A stretch of 64,000 bases of DNA from the human T2T-CHM13v2.0 reference genome, Homo sapiens: the NCBI RefSeq assembly GCF_009914755.1, contig NC_060944.1. The stretch is one strand, 5' to 3'. Shown piece by piece: positions 1-11,800 of this stretch. A program made the position numbers and the translations under genes. How positions within the stretch are numbered: position 1 is the stretch's first letter; each line of letters opens with the position of its first letter. A model generated the notes under the pieces. The model was not told the DNA's origin. It made no database searches and worked only from the letters and a program-made list of their open reading frames with translations.

Positions 1-474
1 CAGAAGCATTCTCAGAAACTTGTTCTTGATGTGTCCCCTCTACTGACAGTGTTGAACCTTTCTTTGCAAAGAGCAGCTTTGAAACACTCTTTTTGTAGAA
101 TCTGCAAGAGGATATTTGGATAGCTTGGAGGATTTCGTTGGAAACGGGTATGTCTTCAGATAAACTCTAGACAGAAGCATTCTCAGAAACTTCTTTGGGA
201 TGTTTCAATTGAAGTCACAGTGTTGAACATTCCCTTTCACAGAGCAGGTTTGAAACACTCTTTTTGTAGTGTCTATAAGTGAACATTTGGCGTGCTTTCA
301 GTTGTAACGTGAAAAAGGAAATATCTTCCCATAAAAACTAGACAGAAGCATTCTCAGAAACTTGTTCTTGATGTGTCCCCTCTACTGACAGAGTTGAACC
401 TTTCTTTGCAAAGAGCAGCTTTGAAACACTCTTTTTGTAGAATCTGCAAGAGGATATTTGGATAGCTTGGAGGA

Positions 475-2530
475 TTTCGTTGGAAACGGGTATGTCTTCA
501 GATAAACTCTAGACAGAAGCATTCTCAGAAACTTCTTTGGGATGTTGCATTCAAGTCACAGAGTAGAACATTCCCATTCATAGAGCAGATTTGAAACACT
601 CTTTTTGTAGTATCTGGAAGTGGACATTTGGAGCGCTTTCAGGCCTATGTTGAAAAAGGAAACATCTTCCCATAAAAACTAGACGGAAGCATTCTCAGAA
701 ACTTATTTGTGATGTGTTTGCTCAACTAACAGGATTGAACCATCGTTTTGAAGGAGCAGTTTTGAAACACTGTTTTCGTGGAATCTGCAAGTGGATATTT
801 GGCTAGCTTTGAGGATTTCGTTGGAAACGGGATTACATATAAAAAGGAGACAGCAGCATTCTCAGAAACTTCTTTGTGATGTCTGCATTCAATTCACAGA
901 GTTGAGCATTCCCTTTCATAGAGCAGGTTGGAAACACTCTTTTTGTAGTATCTGGATGAGGACATTTGGAGCGCTTTCAGGCGTATGGTGAAAAAGGAAA
1001 TATCTTCCCGTAAAAACTAGACAGAAGCATTCTCAGAAGTTTATTTGTGATGTGTGCCCTCAACTAACAGAGTTGAACCTTTCTTTTGATAGAGCAGTTT
1101 TGAAACACTCTTTTTGTAAAATCTGCAAGAGGATATTTGGATAGCTTTGAGGATTTCGTTGCAAACGGGAATGGCTTCATATAAACTCTAGACAGAAGCA
1201 TTCTCAGAAACTTCGTTGGGATGTTTCGATTGAAGACCCAGTGTTGAACATTCCCTTTTATAGAGCAGGTTGGAAACACTCTTTCTGCATTCCCTGGAAG
1301 TGGACATTTGGAGCGCTTTCAGGACGACGGTGAAAATGGAAATATCTTCCAAGAAAATCTAGATAGAAGCAATGTCAGAAACTTTTCTGTGATGGATCTA
1401 CTCAGCTAACAGAGTTGAACCTTTCTTTTGAGAGAGCAGTTTTGCAACACTCTTTTTGTGGAATATGCAAGTGGATATTAGGGCAGCTTTGAGGATTTCG
1501 TTGGAAACGGGAATACATGTAAAAAGCAGACAGCAGCATTCTCAGAAACTTCTTTGTGATGTTTGCATTGAAGTCACAGAGTTGAACATTCCCTTTGAGA
1601 GAGCAGGTTTGAAACACGCCTTTTGTCATATCTGGAAGTGTCCATTCGGAGCGCATTCAGGCTTGTGTTGAAAAAGGAAATATCCTCCCATAAAAACTAG
1701 ACAGAAGCATTCTCAGAAACTTATCTGTGATGTATGTACTCAACTAACAGAACTAAACCATCGTTTTGAAGGAGCAGTTTTGAAACACTCTTTTTGCGGA
1801 ATCTGCAAGTGGATATTTGGCTAGCTGGGAGGATTTCGTTGGAAACGGGATTACATACAAAAAGCAGACAGCAGCATTCTCAGAAACTTCTTTGTGATGT
1901 TTGCATTCAAGTCACAGAGTTGAACATTCCCTTTCATAGAGCAGGTTTGAAACACTCTTTTTGTAGTATCTGGATGTGGACATTTGGATCGCTTTCAGGC
2001 CTATGGTGAAAAAGGAAATATCTTCCCATGAAAACTAGACAGAAGCATTCTCAGAAACTTATTTGTGATGTGTGCCCTCAACTGACAGTGTTGAACCTTT
2101 GTTTTGATAGAGCAGTTCTGAAACACACTTTTTGTAAAATCTGCAAGAGGATATTTGGATAGCTTTGAGGATTTCGTTGGAAACGGGAATGTCTTCATGT
2201 AAACTCTAGACAGAAGCATTCTCAGAAACTGCTTTGGGATGTTTCAATTGAAGTCCCAGTGTTGAACATTCCCATTCATAGAGCAGGTTTGAAACACTCT
2301 TTTTGTACTATCTGGAAGGGAACATTTGGAGTGCTTTCAGGTCTACGGTGAAAAAGGAGATATCTTCCAATAAAAACTAGATAGAAGCAATGTCAGAACT
2401 TTTTTCATGATGTATCTACTCAGCAAACAGAGTTGAACCTTTCTTTTGAGAGAGCAGTTTTGAAACACTCTTTTTGTGGAATATGCAAGTGGGTATTAGG
2501 CCAGCTTGGAGGATTTCGTTGGAAACGGGA
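475..2530 (+). other. Seven intact CENP-B boxes per HOR (first copy: 475-491, 816-832, 1154-1170, 1496-1512, 1834-1850, 2172-2188, 2514-2530)
   Basis: All match YTTCGTTGGAARCGGGA or keep the nine essential bases nTTCGnnnnAnnCGGGn. The M5 box has G9>C (TTTCGTTGCAAACGGGA) and the M1 box has A17>T, both at non-essential positions. Spacing is about 340 bp. The pattern recurs in each HOR copy apart from exceptions listed in findings. Confidence 0.93.
2001..2017 (+). other. pJalpha-type (A-box) motif of the alternating non-CENP-B monomers (exact example in M10)
   Basis: CTATGGTGAAAAAGGAA matches the A-box consensus CTAYGGTGRAAAAGGAA and sits at the monomer position homologous to the CENP-B box. 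Other even-numbered monomers carry variants (CTATGTTGAAAAAGGAA, CTAAGGTGAAAAAGGAA, CTACGGTGAAAAAGGAG). Confidence 0.8.
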
Positions 2531-2851
2531 ATACGTATAAAAAGCAGACAGCAGCATTGTCAGAAACTACTTTGTGATGTTTGCATTCAAGTCACAGAAT
2601 TGAACACTCCCTTTCACAGAGCAGGTTTGAAACACTCTTTTTGTAGTGTCTGTAAGTGAACATTTGGATTGCTTTCAGGCCTAAGGTGAAAAAGGAAATA
2701 TCTTCCCATAAAAACTAGACAGAAGCATTCTCAGAAACTTGTTTGTGATGTGTGCCCTCTACTGACAGAGTTGAAGCTTTCTTTGCAAAGAGCAGTTTTG
2801 AAACACTCTTTTTGTAGAATCTGCAAGAGGATATTTGGATAGCTTTGAGGA

Positions 2852-2868
2852 TTTCTTGGGAAACGGGA
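2852..2868 (+). other. Degenerate CENP-B box in M15 (predicted non-binding), fixed in all HOR copies
   Basis: TTTCTTGGGAAACGGGA: essential G5 of TTCG is T, so the first CpG is lost. The same sequence is present in every M15 I inspected. Confidence 0.88.
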
Positions 2869-5800
2869 ATGTCTTCAGATAAACTCTAGACAGAAGCATT
2901 CTCAGAAACTTCTTTGGGATGTTTCAATTGAAGTCACAGTGTTGAACATTCCCTTTCACAGAGCAGGTTTGAAACACTCTTTTTGTAGTGTCTATAAGTG
3001 AACATTTGGCGTGCTTTCAGGCGTAACGTGAAAAAGGAAATATCTTCCCATAAAAACTAGACAGAAGCATTCTCAGAAACTTGTTCGTGATGTGTCCCCT
3101 CTACTGACAGAGTTGAACCTTTCTTTGCAAAGAGCAGCTTTGAAACACTCTTTTTGTAGAATCTGCAAGAGGATATTTGGGTAGCTTGGAGGATTTCGTT
3201 GGAAACGGGTATGTCTTCAGATAAACTCTAGACAGAAGCATTCTCAGAAACTTCTTTGGGATGTTGCATTCAAGTCACAGAGTAGAACATTCCCATTCAT
3301 AGAGCAGATTTGAAACACTCTTTTTGTAGTATCTGGAAGTGGACATTTGGAGCGCTTTCAGGCCTATGTTGAAAAAGGAAATATCTTCCCATAAAAACTA
3401 GACGGAAGCATTCTCAGAAACTTATTTGTGATGTGTTTGCTCAACTAACAGGATTGAACCATCGTTTTGAAGGAGCAGTTTTGAAACACTGTTTTCGTGG
3501 AATCTGCAAGTGGATATTTGGCTAGCTTTGAGGATTTCGTTGGAAACGGGATTACATATAAAAAGGAGACAGCAGCATTCTCAGAAACTTCTTTGTGATG
3601 TCTGCATTCAATTCACAGAGTTGAGCATTCCCTTTCATAGAGCAGGTTGGAAACACTCTTTTTGTAGTATCTGGATGAGGACATTTGGAGCGCTTTCAGG
3701 CGTATGGTGAAAAAGGAAATATCTTCCCGTAAAAACTAGACAGAAGCATTCTCAGAAGTTTATTTGTGATGTGTGCCCTCAACTAACAGAGTTGAACCTT
3801 TCTTTTGATAGAGCAGTTTTGAAACACTCTTTTTGTAAAATCTGCAAGAGGATATTTGGATAGCTTTGAGGATTTCGTTGCAAACGGGAATGGCTTCATA
3901 TAAACTCTAGACAGAAGCATTCTCAGAAACTTCGTTGGGATGTTTCGATTGAAGTCCCAGTGTTGAACATTCCCTTTTATAGAGCAGGTTGGAAACACTC
4001 TTTCTGCATTCCCTGGAAGTGGACATTTGGAGGGCTTTCAGGACGACGGTGAAAATGGAAATATCTTCCAAGAAAATCTAGATAGAAGCAATGTCAGAAA
4101 CTTTTATGTGATGGATCTACTCAGCTAACAGAGTTGAACCTTTCTTTTGAGAGAGCAGTTTTGCAACACTCTTTTTGTGGAATATGCAAGTGGATATTAG
4201 GGCAGCTTTGAGGATTTCGTTGGAAACGGGAATACATGTAAAAAGCAGACAGCAGCATTCTCAGAAACTTCTTTGTGATGTTTGCATTGAAGTCACAGAG
4301 TTGAACATTCCCTTTGAGAGAGCAGGTTTGAAACACGCCTTTTGTCATATCTGGAAGTGTCCATTCGGAGCGCATTCAGGCTTGTGTTGAAAAAGGAAAT
4401 ATCCTCCCATAAAAACTAGACAGAAGCATTCTCAGAAACTTATCTGTGATGTATGTACTCAACTAACAGAACTAAACCATCGTTTTGAAGGAGCAGTTTT
4501 GAAACACTCTTTTTGCGGAATCTGCAAGTGGATATTTGGCTAGCTGGGAGGATTTCGTTGGAAACGGGATTACATACAAAAAGCAGACAGCAGCATTCTC
4601 AGAAACTTCTTTGTGATGTTTGCATTCAAGTCACAGAGTTGAACATTCCCTTTCATAGAGCAGGTTTGAAACACTCTTTTTGTAGTATCTGGATGTGGAC
4701 ATTTGGATCGCTTTCAGGCCTATGGTGAAAAAGGAAATATCTTCCCATGAAAACTAGACAGAAGCATTCTCAGAAACTTATTTGTGATGTGTGCCCTCAA
4801 CTGACAGTGTTGAACCTTTGTTTTGATAGAGCAGTTCTGAAACACACTTTTTGTAAAATCTGCAAGAGGATATTTGGATAGCTTTGAGGATTTCGTTGGA
4901 AACGGGAATGTCTTCATGTAAACTCTAGACAGAAGCATTCTCAGAAACTGCTTTGGGATGTTTCAATTGAAGTCCCAGTGTTGAACATTCCCTTTCATAG
5001 AGCAGGTTTGAAACACTCTTTTTGTACTATCTGGAAGTGGACATTTGGAGCGCTTTCAGGTCTACGGTGAAAAAGGAGATATCTTCCAATAAAAACTAGA
5101 TAGAAGCAATGTCAGAACTTTTTTCATGATGTATCTACTCAGCAAACAGAGTTGAACCTTTCTTTTGAGAGAGCAGTTTTGAAACACTCTTTTTGTGGAA
5201 TATGCAAGTGGGTATTAGGCCAGCTTGGAGGATTTCGTTGGAAACGGGAATACGTATAAAAAGCAGACAGCAGCATTGTCAGAAACTACTTTGTGATGTT
5301 TGCATTCAAGTCACAGAATTGAACACTCCCTTTCACAGAGCAGGTTTGAAACACTCTTTTTGTAGTGTCTGTAAGTGAACATTTGGATTGCTTTCAGGCC
5401 TAAGGTGAAAAAGGAAATATCTTCCCATAAAAACTAGACAGAAGCATTCTCAGAAACTTGTTTGTGATGTGTGCCCTCTACTGACAGAGTTGAAGCTTTC
5501 TTTGCAAAGAGCAGTTTTGAAACACTCTTTTTGTAGAATCTGCAAGAGGATATTTGGATAGCTTTGAGGATTTCTTGGGAAACGGGAATGTCTTCAGATA
5601 AACTCTAGACAGAAGCATTCTCAGAAACTTCTTTGGGATGTTTCAATTGAAGTCACAGTGTTGAACATTCCCTTTCACAGAGCAGGTTTGAAACACTCTT
5701 TTTGTAGTGTCTATAAGTGAACATTTGGCGTGCTTTCAGTTGTAACGTGAAAAAGGAAATATCTTCCCATAAAAACTAGACAGAAGCATTCTCAGAAACT

Positions 5801-8800
5801 TGTTCTTGATGTGTCCCCTCTACTGACAGAGTTGAACCTTTCTTTGCAAAGAGCAGCTTTGAAACACTCTTTTTGTAGAATCTGCAAGAGGATATTTGGA
5901 TAGCTTGGAGGATTTCGTTGGAAACGGGTATGTCTTCAGATAAACTCTAGACAGAAGCATTCTCAGAAACTTCTTTGGGATGTTGCATTCAAGTCACAGA
6001 GTAGAACATTCCCATTCATAGAGCAGATTTGAAACACTCTTTTTGTAGTATCTGGAAGTGGACATTTGGAGCCCTTTCAGGCCTATGTTGAAAAAGGAAA
6101 CATCTTCCCATAAAAACTAGACGGAAGCATTCTCAGAAACTTATTTGTGATGTGTTTGCTCAACTAACAGGATTGAACCATCGTTTTGAAGGAGCAGTTT
6201 TGAAACACTGTTTTCGTGGAATCTGCAAGTGGATATTTGGCTAGCTTTGAGGATTTCGTTGGAAACGGGATTACATATAAAAAGGAGACAGCAGCATTCT
6301 CAGAAACTTCTTTGTGATGTCTGCATTCAATTCACAGAGTTGAGCATTCCCTTTCATAGAGCAGGTTGGAAACACTCTTTTTGTAGTATCTGGATGAGGA
6401 CATTTGGAGCGCTTTCAGGCGTATGGTGAAAAAGGAAATATCTTCCCGTAAAAACTAGACAGAAGCATTCTCAGAAGTTTATTTGTGATGTGTGCCCTCA
6501 ACTAACAGAGTTGAACCTTTCTTTTGATAGAGCAGTTTTGAAACACTCTTTTTGTAAAATCTGCAAGAGGATATTTGGATAGCTTTGAGGATTTCGTTGC
6601 AAACGGGAATGGCTTCATATAAACTCTAGACAGAAGCATTCTCAGAAACTTCGTTGGGATGTTTCGATTGAAGTCCCAGTGTTGAACATTCCCTTTTATA
6701 GAGCAGGTTGGAAACACTCTTTCTGCATTCCCTGGAAGTGGACATTTGGAGCGCTTTCAGGACGACGGTGAAAATGGAAATATCTTCCAAGAAAATCTAG
6801 ATAGAAGCAATGTCAGAAACTTTTCTGTGATGGATCTACTCAGCTAACAGAGTTGAACCTTTCTTTTGAGAGAGCAGTTTTGCAACACTCTTTTTGTGGA
6901 ATATGCAAGTGGATATTAGGGCAGCTTTGAGGATTTCGTTGGAAACGGGAATACATGTAAAAAGCAGACAGCAGCATTCTCAGAAACTTCTTTGTGATGT
7001 TTGCATTGAAGTCACAGAGTTGAACATTCCCTTTGAGAGAGCAGGTTTGAAACACGCCTTTTGTCATATCTGGAAGTGTTCATTCGGAGCGCATTCAGGC
7101 TTGTGTTGAAAAAGGAAATATCCTCCCATAAAAACTAGACAGAAGCATTCTCAGAAACTTATCTGTGATGTATGTACTCAACTAACAGAACTAAACCATC
7201 GTTTTGAAGGAGCAGTTTTGAAACACTCTTTTTGCGGAATCTGCAAGTGGCTATTTGGCTAGCTGGGAGGATTTCGTTGGAAACGGGATTACATACAAAA
7301 AGCAGACAGCAGCATTCTCAGAAACTTCTTTGTGATGTTTGCATTCAAGTCACAGAGTTGAACATTCCCTTTCATAGAGCAGGTTTGAAACACTCTTTTT
7401 GTAGTATCTGGATGTGGACATTTGGATCGCTTTCAGGCCTATGGTGAAAAAGGAAATATCTTCCCATGAAAACTAGACAGAAGCATTCTCAGAAACTTAT
7501 TTGTGATGTGTGTCCTCAACTGACAGTGTTGAACCTTTGTTTTGATAGAGCAGTTCTGAAACACACTTTTTGTAAAATCTGCAAGAGGATATTTGGATAG
7601 CTTTGAGGATTTCGTTGGAAACGGGAATGTCTTCATGTAAACTCTAGACAGAAGCATTCTCAGAAACTGCTTTGGGATGTTTCAATTGAAGTCCCAGTGT
7701 TGAACATTCCCATTCATAGAGCAGGTTTGAAACACTCTTTTTGTACTATCTGGAAGTGGACATTTGGAGCGCTTTCAGGTCTACGGTGAAAAAGGAGATA
7801 TCTTCCAATAAAAACTAGATAGAAGCAATGTCAGAACTTTTTTCATGAGGTATCTACTCAGCAAACAGAGTTGAACCTTTCTTTTGAGAGAGCAGTTTTG
7901 AAACACTCTTTTTGTGGAATATGCAAGTGGGTATTAGGCCAGCTTGGAGGATTTCGTTGGAAACGGGAATACGTATAAAAAGCAGACAGCAGCATTGTCA
8001 GAAACTACTTTGTGATGTTTGCATTCAAGTCACAGAATTGAACACTCCCTTTCACAGAGCAGGTTTGAAACACTCTTTTTGTAGTGTCTGTAAGTGAACA
8101 TTTGGATTGCTTTCAGGCCTAAGGTGAAAAAGGAAATATCTTCCCATAAAAACTAGACAGAAGCATTCTCAGAAACTTGTTTGTGATGTGTGCCCTCTAC
8201 TGACGGAGTTGAAGCTTTCTTTGCAAAGAGCAGTTTTGAAACACTCTTTTTGTAGAATCTGCAAGAGGATATTTGGATAGCTTTGAGGATTTCTTGGGAA
8301 ACGGGAATGTCTTCAGATAAACTCTAGACAGAAGCATTCTCAGAAACTTCTTTGGGATGTTTCAATTGAAGTCACAGTGTTGAACATTCCCTTTCACAGA
8401 GCAGGTTTGAAACACTCTTTTTGTAGTGTCTATAAGTGAACATTTGGCGTGCTTTCAGTTGTAACGTGAAAAAGGAAATATCTTCCAATAAAAACTAGAC
8501 AGAAGCATTCTCAGAAACTTGTTCTTGATGTGTCCCCTCTACTGACAGAGTTGAACCTTTCTTTGCAAAGAGCAGCTTTGAAACACTCTTTTTGTAGAAT
8601 CTGCAAGAGGATATTTGGATAGCTTGGAGGATTTCGTTGGAAACGGGTATGTCTTCAGATAAACTCTAGACAGAAGCATTCTCAGAAACTTCTTTGGGAT
8701 GTTGCATTCAAGTCACAGAGTAGAACATTCCCATTCATAGAGCAGATTTGAAACACTCTTTTTGTAGTATCTGGAAGTGGACATTTGGAGCGCTTTCAGG

Positions 8801-11800
8801 CCTATGTTGAAAAAGGAAACATCTTCCCATAAAAACTAGACGGAAGCATTCTCAGAAACTTATTTGTGATGTGTTTGCTCAACTAACAGGATTGAACCAT
8901 CGTTTTGAAGGAGCAGTTTTGAAACACTGTTTTCGTGGAATCTGCAAGTGGATATTTGGCTAGCTTTGAGGATTTCGTTGGAAACGGGATTACATATAAA
9001 AAGGAGACAGCAGCATTCTCAGAAACTTCTTTGTGATGTCTGCATTCAATTCACAGAGTTGAGCATTCCCTTTCATAGAGCAGGTTGGAAACACTCTTTT
9101 TGTAGTATCTGGATGAGGACATTTGGAGCGCTTTCGGGCGTATGGTGAAAAAGGAAATATCTTCCCGTAAAAACTAGACAGAAGCATTCTCAGAAGTTTA
9201 TTTGTGATGTGTGCCCTCAACTAACAGAGTTGAACCTTTCTTTTGATAGAGCAGTTTTGAAACACTCTTTTTGTAAAATCTGCAAGAGGATATTTGGATA
9301 GCTTTGAGGATTTCGTTGCAAACGGGAATGGCTTCATATAAACTCTAGACAGAAGCATTCTCAGAAACTTCGTTGGGATGTTTCGATTGAAGTCCCAGTG
9401 TTGAACATTCCCTTTTATAGAGCAGGTTGGAAACACTCTTTCTGCATTCCCTGGAAGTGGACATTTGGAGCGCTTTCAGGACGACGGTGAAAATGGAAAT
9501 ATCTTCCAAGAAAATCTAGATAGAAGCAATGTCAGAAACTTTTCTGTGATGGATCTACTCAGCTAACAGAGTTGAACCTTTCTTTTGAGAGAGCAGTTTT
9601 GCAACACTCTTTTTGTGGAATATGCAAGTGGATATTAGGGCAGCTTTGAGGATTTCGTTGGAAACGGGAATACATGTAAAAAGCAGACAGCAGCATTCTC
9701 AGAAACTTCTTTGTGATGTTTGCATTGAAGTCACAGAGTTGAACATTCCCTTTGAGAGAGCAGGTTTGAAACACGCCTTTTGTCATATCTGGAAGTGTCC
9801 ATTCGGAGCGCATTCAGGCTTGTGTTGAAAAAGGAAATATCCTCCCATAAAAACTAGACAGAAGCATTCTCAGAAACTTATCTGTGATGTATGTACTCAA
9901 CTAACAGAACTAAACCATCGTTTTGAAGGAGCAGTTTTGAAACACTCTTTTTGCGGAATCTGCAAGTGGATATTTGGCTAGCTGGGAGGATTTCGTTGGA
10001 AACGGGATTACATACAAAAAGCAGACAGCAGCATTCTCAGAAACTTCTTTGTGATGTTTGCATTCAAGTCACAGAGTTGAACATTCCCTTTCATAGAGCA
10101 GGTTTGAAACACTCTTTTTGTAGTATCTGGATGTGGACATTTGGATCGCTTTCAGGCCTATGGTGAAAAAGGAAATATCTTCCCATGAAAACTAGACAGA
10201 AGCATTCTCAGAAACTTATTTGTGATGTGTGCCCTCAACTGACAGTGTTGAACCTTTGTTTTGATAGAGCAGTTCTGAAACACACTTTTTGTAAAATCTG
10301 CAAGAGGATATTTGGATAGCTTTGAGGATTTCGTTGGAAACGGGAATGTCTTCATGTAAACTCTAGACAGAAGCATTCTCAGAAACTGCTTTGGGATGTT
10401 TCAATTGAAGTCCCAGTGTTGAACATTCCCATTCATAGAGCAGGTTTGAAACACTCTTTTTGTACTATCTGGAAGTGGACATTTGGAGCGCTTTCAGGTC
10501 TACGGTGAAAAAGGAGATATCTTCCAATAAAAACTAGATAGAAGCAATGTCAGAACTTTTTTCATGATGTATCTACTCAGCAAACAGAGTTGAACCTTTC
10601 TTTTGAGAGAGCAGTTTTGAAACACTCTTTTTGTGGAATATGCAAGTGGGTATTAGGCCAGCTTGGAGGATTTCGTTGGAAACGGGAATACGTATAAAAA
10701 GCAGACAGCAGCATTGTCAGAAACTACTTTGTGATGTTTGCATTCAAGTCACAGAATTGAACACTCCCTTTCACAGAGCAGGTTTGAAACACTCTTTTTG
10801 TAGTGTCTGTAAGTGAACATTTGGATTGCTTTCAGGCCTAAGGTGAAAAAGGAAATATCTTCCCATAAAAACTAGACAGAAGCATTCTCAGAAACTTGTT
10901 TGTGATGTGTGCCCTCTACTGACGGAGTTGAAGCTTTCTTTGCAAAGAGCAGTTTTGAAACACTCTTTTTGTAGAATCTGCAAGAGGATATTTGGATAGC
11001 TTTGAGGATTTCTTGGGAAACGGGAATGTCTTCAGATAAACTCTAGACAGAAGCATTCTCAGAAACTTCTTTGGGATGTTTCAATTGAAGTCACAGTGTT
11101 GAACATTCCCTTTCACAGAGCAGGTTTGAAACACTCTTTTTGTAGTGTCTATAAGTGAACATTTGGCGAGCTTTCAGTTGTAACGTGAAAAAGGAAATAT
11201 CTTCCCATAAAAACTAGACAGAAGCATTCTCAGAAACTTGTTCTTGATGTGTCCCCTCTACTGACAGAGTTGAACCTTTCTTTGCAAAGAGCAGCTTTGA
11301 AACACTCTTTTTGTAGAATCTGCAAGAGGATATTTGGATAGCTTGGAGGATTTCGTTGGAAACGGGTATGTCTTCAGATAAACTCTAGACAGAAGCATTC
11401 TCAGAAACTTCTTTGGGATGTTGCATTCAAGTCACAGAGTAGAACATTCCCATTCATAGAGCAGATTTGAAACACTCTTTTTGTAGTATCTGGAAGTGGA
11501 CATTTGGAGCGCTTTCAGGCCTATGTTGAAAAAGGAAACATCTTCCCATAAAAACTAGACGGAAGCATTCTCAGAAACTTATTTGTGATGTGTTTGCTCA
11601 ACTAACAGGATTGAACCATCGTTTTGAAGGATCAGTTTTGAAACACTGTTTTCGTGGAATCTGCAAGTGGATATTTGGCTAGCTTTGAGGATTTCGTTGG
11701 AAACGGGATTACATATAAAAAGGAGACAGCAGCATTCTCAGAAACTTCTTTGTGATGTCTGCATTCAATTCACAGAGTTGAGCATTCCCTTTCATAGAGC

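Larger units (their letters stand above)
343..3061 (+). repeat. One complete canonical 16-mer HOR unit (reference copy; M1-M16)
   Basis: Monomer lengths from counted start positions: 171,170,167,171,171,171,167,171,167,171,171,171,167,171,171,171 = 2719 bp. The next M1 starts at 3062. Confidence 0.97.

Noticed and set aside
1154-1170. M5 box TTTCGTTGCAAACGGGA as a possible second dead box
   Set aside because: The change is at position 9, outside the nine essential bases, so binding is predicted to be retained.
1211-1227. CENP-B-box-like CTTCGTTGGGATGTTTC near the start of M6
   Set aside because: It has TTCG but lacks the essential A10 and CGGG, and it is at the wrong monomer position.
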